From Octopus vulgaris (taxonomy: Eukaryota): DNA of 64,000 nt. Shown piece by piece: positions 12,730 to 24,076 of this stretch. Under the pieces are notes generated by a model, which worked only from the letters and a program-made list of their open reading frames with translations, did not search any database and was not told the origin of the DNA. Position numbers and translations under genes: made by a program. The number at the start of each line of letters is the position of its first letter. The stretch's first letter is position 1. The stretch spans positions 41,974,001-42,038,000 of the forward strand of contig OX597825.1 of assembly GCA_951406725.2 (NCBI GenBank). The letters run 5' to 3'.

Positions 12730-14265
12730 AGAGAAGAAATGGAACAACATGTAACAATTAGAAGCTGATAGTTATATGGAATGATCATAGTTTAATTATG
12801 GTTAAGATAACATAACATTTACTGCTGTTTCAGTTTGTTATTTTTGATGTAAACTTGCGTTTATCTCGTTCCATGTAACATCATCAAAATTATTTGAAGT
12901 TTACCAGAGGAATATTGACAGGAGATCGAAGGGTGGCAGGAGAAAAAAGGAAAAAAGAAAAAGAAAAGAAAAAGGCAAAAAGGAGAAAGGAAAAGGTTCG
13001 TCATGTCTTTAGGCTTACGTTTTTGCATCCTTAAAAGATGGTGTGTGTGTGTACAGTTGCTTCAAGTAGATGAATGGAGCAGTGAGGGAGTAAAAGAACC
13101 AGTTGACCGGTGGTGTTAGTCAAAAGAGTTATACCTAGTAGTAATACCAAGTATCATTAATCATAACATTATAACACTGTTTGAGTCCATTAGATAGGTC
13201 CTTATGATTACAAATAATGCCTTAATTAAAAATAAAGGGCACTCTTAAAAATTTAAGTGTGATATACGGTATAAATCTGGGTTACGTAAATAGGTGTAAT
13301 AAATAAATAGTGTTGTTATGTGTGGCCAGTGTTCACTATTCATTAATAAAATTAAAACAAATCAACTCAGCTAGAATAGGTTAATTCTTTGGTTATTTGT
13401 ATTTACGTTAATAGCAGTACTAGCAATTAGTATGTTAGTCAGTGATCTAACTTTAATGTGAATATATTAAAGAGAATTGTAGCTCTGGGTGTACATAGTA
13501 CATCTAAGATAAATAATTCAGTTAGTCAAAGTAAATTAAATATAATTGTGGTCTATGCTATTGTGTTGTGCTATGAGTTAAGGGTAAGGGTCAAAGGGAG
13601 GTAATCAGAGGTTAGACAAGTTAGCTAATAAACAGTAATGTAAGGTAGCAGTATTTAGAGAATAAGAATTTATCTTCATTAAATATGTTGTGTTTTTCAC
13701 GTCTTGTTTATTAAGCAATTCTGATTTGGCCATTAAAATGAAGAATTTCTCATTTATGCATAAATTGCAGCATTTATTTTTAAGGTTGTATGAAGATATT
13801 TTAGCTATTATTATTTTTTTATCATTACTACTATTATTATCGTTATCATGGTTAATATGATTATTAATATTAATATGAATCTTATTGTTCTTCCAGCTAT
13901 TTTTATTATTACTACTACTATTGTTATTGTTATTCTTATTATATTTATGATAATTATTATAGATATCGTAGCTATTATTAGTATTATTATAATTATAGAC
14001 ATTTTTGTTATTTGGACTATTTATATTAGGCTCCAAGTATAGGTACTTAATTTTTTGCTTATAGCCTGCCTTTCCCAATGCAATGTTATAATGTTTCTTA
14101 TACTAACTGAACACATCTTCATTAGACGAGAGATACAAAATTCTTTTACTAATGTCCTGGACAAGTCCTCTTTTTATAAAATTTGGGTGGTTGCTATGTG
14201 CATTTACAATAACCTCTAACTCATAATTTTCTTTATATATATGAAAGGTATTGGTATCCAGATGA
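12730..14265 (-). mobile_element. PLE 3' portion (RT thumb, Asn-rich linker, deleted endonuclease, long 3' region with HHR)
   Basis: HSNHPNFIK...RILYLSSNEDVF...YNIALGKAGY, then CCNLCINEKFFIL...LLNK. An HHR motif lies ~700 bp downstream and the element ends near a (TA)n tract. Confidence 0.8.
12815..12893 (-). ncRNA. Type I hammerhead-like motif at PLE 3' end (U3 core variant)
   Basis: att-TTGATGA-tgtta...aaacGCAAgttt...taaca-aact-GAAACAGCAGTA-aat. Confidence 0.55.
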
Positions 14266-14376
14266 CCCAAGGTGGCAGGTAACGCTATGTAAGTGCTATG
14301 TAATGACTGTAGCTAAACTCTTGGTTCGATAATGATACGAGTGAGGAGTCTTATGCAGGTCTTGTATGAGCATATG

Positions 14377-14408
<32 letters not shown>

Positions 14409-14409
<1 letters not shown>

Positions 14410-14978
14410 ATAATTAATGTAGGATAAAATTTTTTTCGGGAAAAAATTTTATCAATGGCCAGCATATCAAAAAATACCTTTAAGGGCTAAATTTATAAAT
14501 AATTTACAAGATAAGGGCAGAAAAAAAATTCTAATGCCAAATATGCCGAAACTTAAAATTGTCGATAACCATTATAATTTATGCGTCTCGAAACAAACTG
14601 ATAGAAATCTCTAAAAATTCATTATTACTGTATTGGTCCAATTTCGGAGTTAATTCATAAGAAAATTTTCCCCTCTTCAGCGGCAAATATGCGAGATATA
14701 AGTGAAATACTTATTCATACCCATGGAAAAAGCAAGCACTAAGTCCCAAGCAGACCTAAGCACCCCAAATATATCCAAAATAGAAAAATCTTTGGCACAT
14801 CTCGAGACACACGTGATTCGAACTAGAAACTTTCACAGAGTGATAGAATTCGGAAGTGAACACTATTCAATTTATAATTAATGTAGGATAAAATTTTTTT
14901 CGGGAAAAAAATTTTATCAATGGCCAGCATATCAAAAAATACCTTTAAAGGTTAAATTTATAAATAATTTACAAGATA
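14409..14978 (-). mobile_element. Retrozyme-like non-coding element: 464-bp unit with ~105-bp terminal redundancy and one HHR
   Basis: 14409-14513 is repeated at 14873-14978. HHR at 14625-14686. Flanked by (CTAT)n/(TA)n tracts; no ORF. Confidence 0.75.
14625..14686 (-). ncRNA. Type I hammerhead ribozyme
   Basis: ttgccg-CTGAAGA-gggg...ctcc-GAAA-ttgg-a-ccaa-TA-cagtaa. Canonical core, near-palindromic stem III, AUA cleavage triplet. Confidence 0.8.
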
Positions 14979-14994
14979 TCTTGACCTATCTTGC

Positions 14995-15054
<60 letters not shown>

Positions 15055-15109
15055 ATGAAAATCACATGTCTTGTGAAACACAACTACCCAAAGTTTCCTG
15101 GTTGTCATT

Positions 15110-15620
15110 TATACATTTTGCCATTTAGCAAGCTGGAAAAAACAAGACTGTTTGCCAACTGTTTCTAAAATTGATGACATTTGAAAAGGAAACATTCAAA
15201 AGGAGAAAACGAAAAAAGAGAAAGGAAAACATAGGGAAGATAATCAATGTTACAATGAACATATATTAAAAATACTTAATGAGATGAGAAGGGTTTAAGA
15301 TATGTCTGGTGGTTTAGCTTTAAATTCCACCAAGATGTATTTTTTTAAATGCAGACATGAAGAAAAAATCTTGTTCCTGAAACTTACAGTCATTGGAGGC
15401 GCTCAAGCTCTTTAAAGGCTATAGATTTTTGAGAGAATATGTTGAACATCATTTTGACCTATTAATGTAGGGTTTGGTTTATGGAAAGAGCTTTCCATTT
15501 GATGTCAAAATTAATCCTCTTTGTCTTTAAACTTCCAGATTAATGCTGAGACTGTTGTTGTATGTCTCTTCTGGCTTTCAAATTTTAAAATATGTTTGTT
15601 ATATCTGGATTTAAATTTTC
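15110..15620 (-). mobile_element. Second copy of the PLE endonuclease fragment family seen at 12140-12690
   Basis: Colinear nucleotide similarity; FKSRYNKH...SALIWKFK...IKWK...FSSCLH. Confidence 0.7.
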
Positions 15621-15621
15621 A

Positions 15622-16070
15622 AGGTACATAACCGAAGACCACACATCTTCCAGCAAGACTGCAACATTTCATAAGGTTAGAAAAAAGCTAAGTGTGGATG
15701 TGTGCCAATCTCTATGATCATGTTCTCCCAGACACATGGCCTCCTAGCTCATCAGACCTCAAATCACTGGTCTAGTGAGACAGAAAGGTCAATCAACAGC
15801 CCCATCGCACAGTCTCTCAAGCCAGCCATAACCAGGAGAGACTACCATAACCAGCACAAAGTCTAAAATTAATAAAGATTATCTGATTCAGGCATGTCAA
15901 CACTTCCAACCATGTATTGAAGCAACCATTGATGCTAACAGTGGATTCATTAAATAGCTGGGATAAAAAGATTCTCAAGAATATTTGTAACAATTAGTTT
16001 TAAAATACAGCTTTTATTTGATGAATTCTGAATTCATTGACATGATTTCAGAAAACTGATGCACCTTGTA
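15622..16070 (+). mobile_element. 3' fragment of a DD37D-like transposon
   Basis: RPHIFQQD...DTWPPSSSDL; ends in TGCACCTTG followed by TA. Confidence 0.6.
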
Positions 16071-16183
16071 TATAATATATAAATATAGTGTGTGTGTGTG
16101 TGTGTGTGTGTGTCTGTGTGTGTGCATGTGAGTGTGTGTATGAGTGTATATATATGTAAGTATATATGCATTTAAACTTTACA

Positions 16184-16530
16184 GGTGCAGGCATGGCTGT
16201 GTGGTAAGAAGTTTGTTACCCAATCACATGGTTCTCGGTACAGTTTCACTACACAGCACTTTGGGAAAAAATCCTCCACTACAGCCTCAAGCTGCTCAAA
16301 GCTTTGTGAGTGTTTTTGTGTCTGTGTTTGTCCCCTACAAGCACTTGACAACCAGTGTTAGTGTGTTTACATTCCTGTAAATTAGTGGTTCAGCAAATGA
16401 GACTAACAGAATAAATACCAGGGTTAAAGAAAAAAAATAAGTACTGGGGTCGATTCATTCAATTAAGAATTGTTCAAGGTGGTCTCCCTGCATGGCCACA
16501 GTCTAATGAATGACACAAGTAAAAGATAAG
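16184..16530 (+). mobile_element. tRNA-SINE family A; a further 3' half copy lies at 16597-16778
   Basis: Head GGTGCAGGCATGGCTGTGTGGTAAG (A-box) and family 3' end. Confidence 0.8.
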
Positions 16531-16539
16531 ATATATATA

Positions 16540-16590
<51 letters not shown>

Positions 16591-16778
16591 ATATGCTTGT
16601 GAGTCAGTGTTTGTCCCGCCAACATTGCTTGACAACCAATGCTGGTGTGTTTACGTCCCCGTAGCTTAGCGGTTTGGCAAAAGAGACCGATAGAATAAGT
16701 CCTGGGATTGATTTGCTTGACTAAAGGTGGTACTACAACTTGGCCACAGTAAAATAACTGAAACAAGTAAAAAGAGTA

Positions 16779-17196
16779 GGCTGTTATACTTTACGTTGTT
16801 GAGTGGTTACTGTTTACATCTCGCTCTGAGATTTAATAATGCTTACAGTCAGTTTTTCGAAATCAGTGGCAGACGTCACTAGAAAAACTCATATATTTGC
16901 AAAGCAAGCCTTGCCTTCCATCGTGACCTTGTGGTTACCGCCCGTTGATAAGAGACAATAATCTCGAAACCGCGGTCCGGTGCGTATCACTAAGGCTTAC
17001 GAGGAAGGGATGACTTCCCTTTGCAAATACCTAAAGGGCACCGAAAGTGTGTCTAAACCAGCTGGAGATGTCGATCTCCTGGGGCTAAAAGCTACAGTAA
17101 CACCCCCACTTTGTGGTTAGCCATATTGAGATGGCTGTTATACTTTACGCTGTTGAGCAGTTACTGTTTACATCTCGCTCTGAGATTTAATAATGC
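16779..17196 (+). mobile_element. Retrozyme-like element: 354-bp unit with 64-bp terminal redundancy and one HHR
   Basis: 16779-16842 is repeated at 17133-17196. Central HHR, extensive self-complementarity, CpGs retained, followed by (TA)n. Confidence 0.85.
16938..16985 (+). ncRNA. Minimal type I hammerhead ribozyme, U3-A8 core variant
   Basis: ccg-TTGATAA-gaga caataa tctc-GAAA-CCGCGG-TC-cgg. Palindromic stem III (ACCGCGGT) and GUC cleavage site. Confidence 0.8.
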
Positions 17197-17670
17197 ATAT
17201 ATATATATGTATACACACACACACACATATATATATATATAGATAGATAAGTTGTTGCATATCATGCGTCAGTTTCTATTTTTTTTTTATCATGACTCAT
17301 GAAACATTATGCCAAACATATAATATCACCACAGAAATTTTCCTGATGCTGTTACAAAACTACCACATGCAAAATGGTACGTAGGAGAGAACTTGTAGTT
17401 AGTTATTGCTCCATAGAGCATACATTCTACAATGAAGCCACCTTGCATATATACACACACATTTACACCTACACATACATATATATTTATGACAGGCTTC
17501 TACACACTTTCTATCTACAAAATTAATTCACCCATGAGGAATTGGTCAACCTAGGGCTATTGAGGAAGACACTTGCTCAAGGTGTCACACTGTGGAACTG
17601 AATCAAAAATTATGTGGTTGCACTGTGAACTTGTTAATCACATAGGCATGTGTGTGTGTGCATGTGTGTG

Positions 17671-17708
<38 letters not shown>

Positions 17709-18322
17709 TGTGTACGTGTGTGTGTAGATAGATAGATTGATAGATAAAGAGACTGATAGAGAGAGAGTGACAGACAGAAACAGACAGACAGACGGACAGA
17801 TATACAGACAGAGACATAATACTATTATCTTAATGTTTACCTTTTGTCCATAATCAATGATATTCTGTTGAAAAGATCAAATGTTTAAGTAACATTTATT
17901 TTGTTATCTTGTAACTTTTGTTTCTAAAATCTTTTATTCAGTCATATCAACACCAGTTATTACTTCAGTTTAGTACTTAATTTATCAAGTCTTATTTCTC
18001 AATTCTCTATGTTACAATACACAAACGAAATCAACATAAACACAACTCTGGTTTTACTCAATTTGAGCACACGCTACCTTTATACCTACCTACACCCTGG
18101 TACACCCTGGGAGCAGATAATAGCAGCTTAATTTCAAACAACTTGCAACCATCTTTAAAAAACAATGATACTGTGAATAATGTAATATACAAAAAGACAG
18201 GATAGTCATGACTGGATTCATTTTGATCATAGATCTGCTTCATATATACTGACAAGAGATTAAACAACAAGAGCAACAATGAGGTGAAAGAAATTGCACT
18301 GTCTTATTACTGCTATATTTAT

Positions 18323-18706
18323 CTTTTATCTGTTTTTAAGTCATTAGTCTGCGGCCATGCTAGGGCACCACCTTGAAGAAATTCGAGTCGAATGAATTGA
18401 CCTTAGTACCTAAATATTTTTAAGCCCGGTACTTATTCTATTGGTCTCCTTTTGCTGAAACATCGAGTTACAGAGATGTAAACCAACCAATTTGGTTATC
18501 AAGTGGTGGAGTGGGACAAACACAGACACACACACACACATATATGTAGAACAGGCTTCTTTTAGTTTCCACTTACCAAATCCACTCACAAGGCTTTGGT
18601 TGGTCAGAAGCTATAATAAAAAACATCTGCCCAAGGTGCCATGCAGTGGGACTGAACCTGGAACCATGTGGTTGGGAAGCAAACTTCTTACCACACATCC
18701 ATACCT
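18323..18706 (-). mobile_element. tRNA-SINE family A
   Basis: Reverse complement of the family; B-box GGTTCAGTCCC. Confidence 0.8.
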
Positions 18707-20173
18707 TCACCATTGACTTTAATCCATTATTTTACTTTTTCCTATTGATTTTTGAATATTGGCCATGCTAGTGCAATACAATTTCTGTTTTCTAGTTTGA
18801 GTAATTAAGTGACAAATTTATCTCCAACATTAATATCTATGAAATACACAAGTGTATTATGATAAGAATGGGTCATTGAAAATGAGGCTTGAGATAAGAG
18901 AGGTTTCCAGACAGACATTGCTCTGATCAGCTCAGCTCTCGTGAGAAATTACTGGCAAAATTTATCTGAAATCACCTGTAAGAGAGATTGTAACTCTTTG
19001 GATTATACAGTTCTTACCTCAGATTTTTCATTGTCTATTTCAATGCTTTCAGGTATTGGACTGTGGCCATGCCATGTTTTTGCTTTCGTGTTTATTGTCA
19101 ATTAAATCAAGCTTAGTAGTTGTCTTGTTTATGGCGCTCAGAAAAATGAAAGGTTAAGTCTACTTAAGCAGAATTTGAACTCTGAACATAAAGGGATAAA
19201 ACAACACACCTTGAGTTATTCTGTTCAATGTGTTATGTGCTAAGAATTCTTCCTTTCTTAATTTTGTTTATATTTTACAAAATATATTTTAAAATTATTT
19301 ATTCATGTTTCTATACTTATTAAATATTTTAATTTTCAAATTAACATATATACAATCTGAAGTCAAAAAAGGTCAAATAATTTCCAATTTCTCATAAATA
19401 TATTTAGAAATTACAGTATTACATAGAATAAACTTGAAACAATATTAAATTACTGTTATTCTATAAATGAAATTCTTTAAATTTCTGAGAAGGAAATCAA
19501 TTTCTTCTCTTACCACGACCTGTAAAGTTGTTCATGCAGATTTGTTGCATTTCTAAATTTGTTACAAATCATTTGGGTTATAACAGCTGGAGACTACATG
19601 CAGTTTTAACAACAAAGTGTCTATGCAGAAAAAAATTACTCTCTATTAAAGTTTTGAGCCAACTACATATTGTAATTGGAATTTACAAAAAAACAAACAA
19701 AACAAATGATGAAGACAGGTGTGTAAACAACAAAAGATGTATTAGTTTAACACTCAGGAAGTGACAGTCTTTTATATTTTAAGCCTATGCTCTTCAACAG
19801 AAAGGGACACAGAAATAAATGGGGAGAGTAAATAAAAAAAGGTTTAGTGGCTAGTGATAATCATGGTGAATATTATAATACTGTTCCCTGTTTCTGACAG
19901 GTGATTGGCTAGTGGTAATCTAGTAGACCAGTATTGATGGTTGAGCCATCAGTGGCTAAAGCAGCAATGCCATTCCAGAAGGGTTCATCCAACAAATCGA
20001 CCTCAATGCTTGTTTCAAGTCTGATACGTATTCTATTAGTCTCATTTGCTGAACCATTAAGTAACAGGAACATAAACAAACCAGCACTGGTTGGCAAGTA
20101 AGGGACATACACACACACATATATATATATATGCGTATATGTGTATATTATCATCATATTATATTATCATATA

Positions 20174-20570
20174 GGTGCAGGAGTGGTTGTGTGGTAAGTA
20201 GCTTGCTTTCCAACCATATGATACCAGGCTCATTTCCACTGGCAAGTGTCTTCCACTATATCCTTGGGCTAACCAAAGCCTTGTGAGTGGATTTGGTAGA
20301 CAGAAACTGAAAGAAGCCTGAGGTATATATGTACACACAAATATACACACACACACATATATATATATGTGTATGTATGTATGTGTGTGTGTATCCCCAA
20401 CATCACTTGGCGTGTTTACGTCCCCATAACTTAGCAGTTTGGCAAAAGAAACTAATAGAATAAGTACTAGGCTCCCAAAGAATAAGTCCTGGGGTCAATT
20501 TTATCAACTAAAGGCGGTGCTCCAGCATGGCCACAGTCAAATGACTGAAAAAATAAAAGTGAAAAGAGAT
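20174..20570 (+). mobile_element. tRNA-SINE family A (partial inverted copies nearby at ~19930-20110 and ~20800-20957)
   Basis: GGTGCAGGAGTGGTTGTGTGGTAAG head, internal microsatellite, family tail. Confidence 0.85.
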
Positions 20571-20702
20571 AAAGAGATCATCATCATTTAACATCTGTGT
20601 TCCATACTGGCATGGTTTGGATGGTATGTGTATATTTATATGTCTATATGTGTGTGTGTGTGTGTGTGTGTGTATATACACACACATTAATATATGTGTG
20701 TG

Positions 20703-20749
<47 letters not shown>

Positions 20750-21118
20750 GTGTATGTATATGCATTATACATACATAGACACACACATACACACACATGG
20801 GTTTCTTCTAGTTTCCTTCAATCAAATCCACTCACAAGTCTTTTGCCAGCCTGGCACTATAATAGAAGAGACCTGCCCAAAGTACTGCATAGTGGGACAG
20901 AACTCTAGACCACATAGTTGGAAAGCAAGTTTCTTAACCACACAGCCATGCCTGCACTGTCAAATTTGATAATGACCTAGAAATTGCAAATATATAAATA
21001 TAAAAAAAGAGAGAAAGAAGGAAGAGAAGATGAACATGATGTTTATTATGCTTGTATAATGGTGATCAATGAATAAAATGACTTCAACCATAGAGCATTT
21101 TAACAGGGAATATATCTA

Positions 21119-22389
21119 CACAGCAAACCAGTGAGTTACAACTGTTTCTGTCTATACTAGACATTCCTTGAGTTTTGGAAGCTAAAGATCTGGTGCCTGG
21201 GATATTAGACCAGTATTTAGGTAAATTTTACTCCCTGGTCCTAAATATGTCATCAGTTTTACCCCATCAGCTCTGGATATTGAGATATTATATATCTCTA
21301 ATTGTTATACATGCAATTGCTCAGTTGAGTTCATGACTACAAATTATTATTGTAGCTTTTGGATAAATTTGCTCCATTCATGAAAAATATGCTTGTTTAT
21401 GATTAAGTTACATCCATAGAATCAGATAAAAATGGAACAAGTGTAGAAAGTTATCAGATATTCAGATATCACATGCAAGTGGGATTTCAGAGACTTTCTG
21501 TGGTGAGCTGCCCAAGAACAGTCACATTTAATGGTCCAGCAGTAATCTTCCCTCATATGGATATCCCAATGTATCTTTTTTCTATAGTTCTTAAATCTTG
21601 GTGAAATTGTTTGCCCCATTCATCATGCAAGTCATCAAGATTGTCTTGGAAACAATACAAGTGACTGTGGAGGTAATGCACTTTGATGTACATATTTCAG
21701 CCAAGCTGACGCAAAGGAGAGCATGTTCTCCTTTTATTCAGAGTAGTTTTATGATCTTTATGGCTCCCAAGGAAAATTTTACAACCAGAGTGAACAAACA
21801 CCATGCTTCAGCAATATTCATTGAATCTTGGGAATGTGAGTCTTTCATGAGTATCCTGATTTTTGGTCCATTGAAAATATCTTTAGCTTCTCCATGATCA
21901 GTGCTGAAAATTTTCTGCACATAGAGTAAAAGCAGTCTCCTGTTTTGGCTGAATGCCTTCACAAAGTGTTACATTAAACCTAGTGTGATGTGCAGTTGTG
22001 GTAAAATGATTTTACCTCTGTCAACCTAGAGTTCAGAAATTATATTCTTTTCTCCAATGACCATGTTTTTTCTCTATCCTACTGTCCTAGAGACAGATAA
22101 AGCAGAGATACTTGTTGTATTCATTCTGCTGACCCCAGAGAAACTTCTCCATCCACACAGATAAGTCAATGGTAATCTATATGCCAAGGGTGATTGTTTC
22201 CTGTTGCTCCATTAACTTAGTTGAGTGACCAATTGGGATTATGCCATATTGATAAGTGCATTATCTAAAAAACTAGAGCTGCTAGAAATAGATGAAGTCA
22301 ATATTCTTATTCAGAGGCTTGAATATACCAAGAAGAAGGTTTAAAATATGAGACATCGAAAAACTTTTTTAGATTTGTACCCCATTGTA
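21119..22389 (-). mobile_element. Decayed CMC/Chapaev3-like DNA transposon
   Basis: LPQLHITLGLMxHFVKA, EAKDIFNGPKIR, IKVHYLHSH...DEWGKQFHQD...RY, DYCW. Family name assigned from memory of these motifs. Confidence 0.65.
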
Positions 22390-22444
22390 ATCAATGAAGA
22401 TCATAACTGATTATGTAGTACTTCAACAAGGGATACTCTTATGT

Positions 22445-22498
<54 letters not shown>

Positions 22499-22524
22499 AT
22501 ACATATACATACACATATATGTAT

Positions 22525-23440
22525 GTACTCATATAGTCTGCCTGCTATTCAACTGTATCTCTTGTGTTTCCATACCTCAAGGACCAGCCTTCTTCCTCAC
22601 ACACTTAAACTTTGTTCAGTTTAGCATGAAGCCTTTTAATGCTCAGTTTAGCTTCCGTAATTTGAATTTCTTCCTTAATTCCAATATAGATCCTGCTTTG
22701 AGAACTAGATCATCAGCTCATAGGATTTTCCAAGAATAACCAGTCTCAAAATCCTTTAGGATTGCCTGTAGGATTATAAAGAATATGAAGGGACAAAGAA
22801 TGGAGCTTTGATCAACTCCTACCTTCACACTGTGTAAAACAGAAATAAATGTTTGGATGGCTCATGAAAAGTACTCAGTTGCTTTTGTTAATTGGAGACA
22901 TAGTAAGCAGGTGAGGTGGTTGCTGTGAAAGTGTAGCAGCCAGAGTAAGAATAAGTTGGAAAATTTTTGGAATTCACTACTACTTCTGGTAGCAAAGGTC
23001 TTTTCAAGAGTAAATTGTATGAAGCTTATGTTAGAAATGTGATTTTGCATGATAATGAGGGATGGGCCTTGAATGCAGAATATTTTGAGGAAAAAGGAAA
23101 GAAATAATGCTAGCATGTTCCATAGGATGTGCACTGTAAGAGTGAATGAGTGATGAAGTACAAATGTGTTGAGTGAAAAACTAAGCACAAGAGGAATCAG
23201 ATGTAGTGTGCAAGAAAGAAGAGTGAGCTGCTACAGAGATCTGAAACATTTAGACACTGATGAGCTGTATAAAGATAAGCTGATCCCTTAATGTGGATGG
23301 AGGTTGCTGAAGAGAGAGATCTAAGAAGGCATGGGATAAAGTAGTGAAGACTGATCTCAGAAACTTGAGCCCCATGGAAAAGACTAAGGACTAGAGCACT
23401 TAGTGGCACTTGTGAAAACCCGTCCGTCTTCAAGAAACTA
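22525..23440 (+). mobile_element. RTE-clade LINE 3' fragment with inverted 5' segment
   Basis: Minus strand 22830->22525 reads VKVGVDQSSILCP...ILxADDLVL...xVH. Plus strand from ~22835 continues LGDIV...GCCESVAARVRISW...LYEAYVRNVILH. Confidence 0.75.
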
Positions 23441-23499
23441 AGATTCTGAAGGCACAGTACGTGTGTGTATGCACGTATGAATGTATGTATGCATGTATA

Positions 23500-23554
<55 letters not shown>

Positions 23555-23556
<2 letters not shown>

Positions 23557-24076
23557 CACTAATACTAATAATAATACTAATAATAGCTCTAGTAGTGAAA
23601 ATGAAAACGAATTGTCCATAAATAATACTAGTACCATGAATTATCCCCCCAGTTGTAATTGTAGGATTAGATCGAAATGTCCAGTATCTGGCTGCTGTTT
23701 GGTCCAAAATGTAGTTTATAAATGTACAATAGTGACTTCAAATAATAGCTATCTTTAATTTGGTTGTTCGGTGGATCTAAAAAAACGTTTAAACAATCAT
23801 TTTTCCTCCTTTAGGCTTAAACACAAGGCAGGTTGCACAACATTGTGCAGTAAAATTTGGGAACTGAAAAGAAATAATATAGAATTTAACCTAAAATGGG
23901 ATATAATAAGGAAAGCACAGCCTTATAAAAATAGTAGAGATGGTTGTGAACTTTGTTCTATGGAAACATTTGAAATTTTAAAACATAGGAATAATACAAA
24001 TTTGTTAAATAACCGTTCTGAACTAGGAGTATCTTGCATATATCACACAACCCGTATGTTTAAATATTTTAAATAA
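23555..24076 (+). pseudogene. PLE GIY-YIG endonuclease domain with one in-frame TAA
   Basis: ORFs 23465-23758 and 23771-24076 share a frame. TAA at 23756-23758 occupies the Tyr position of the YIG-like motif (YFG). Confidence 0.9.

Noticed and set aside
16184-16270. A-box/B-box sequences as tRNA genes
   Set aside because: They are SINE heads followed by SINE bodies and form no cloverleaf.
23756-23758. In-frame stop as possible selenocysteine recoding (known in some PLEs)
   Set aside because: The stop is TAA, not TGA, and it replaces a Tyr rather than a Cys.
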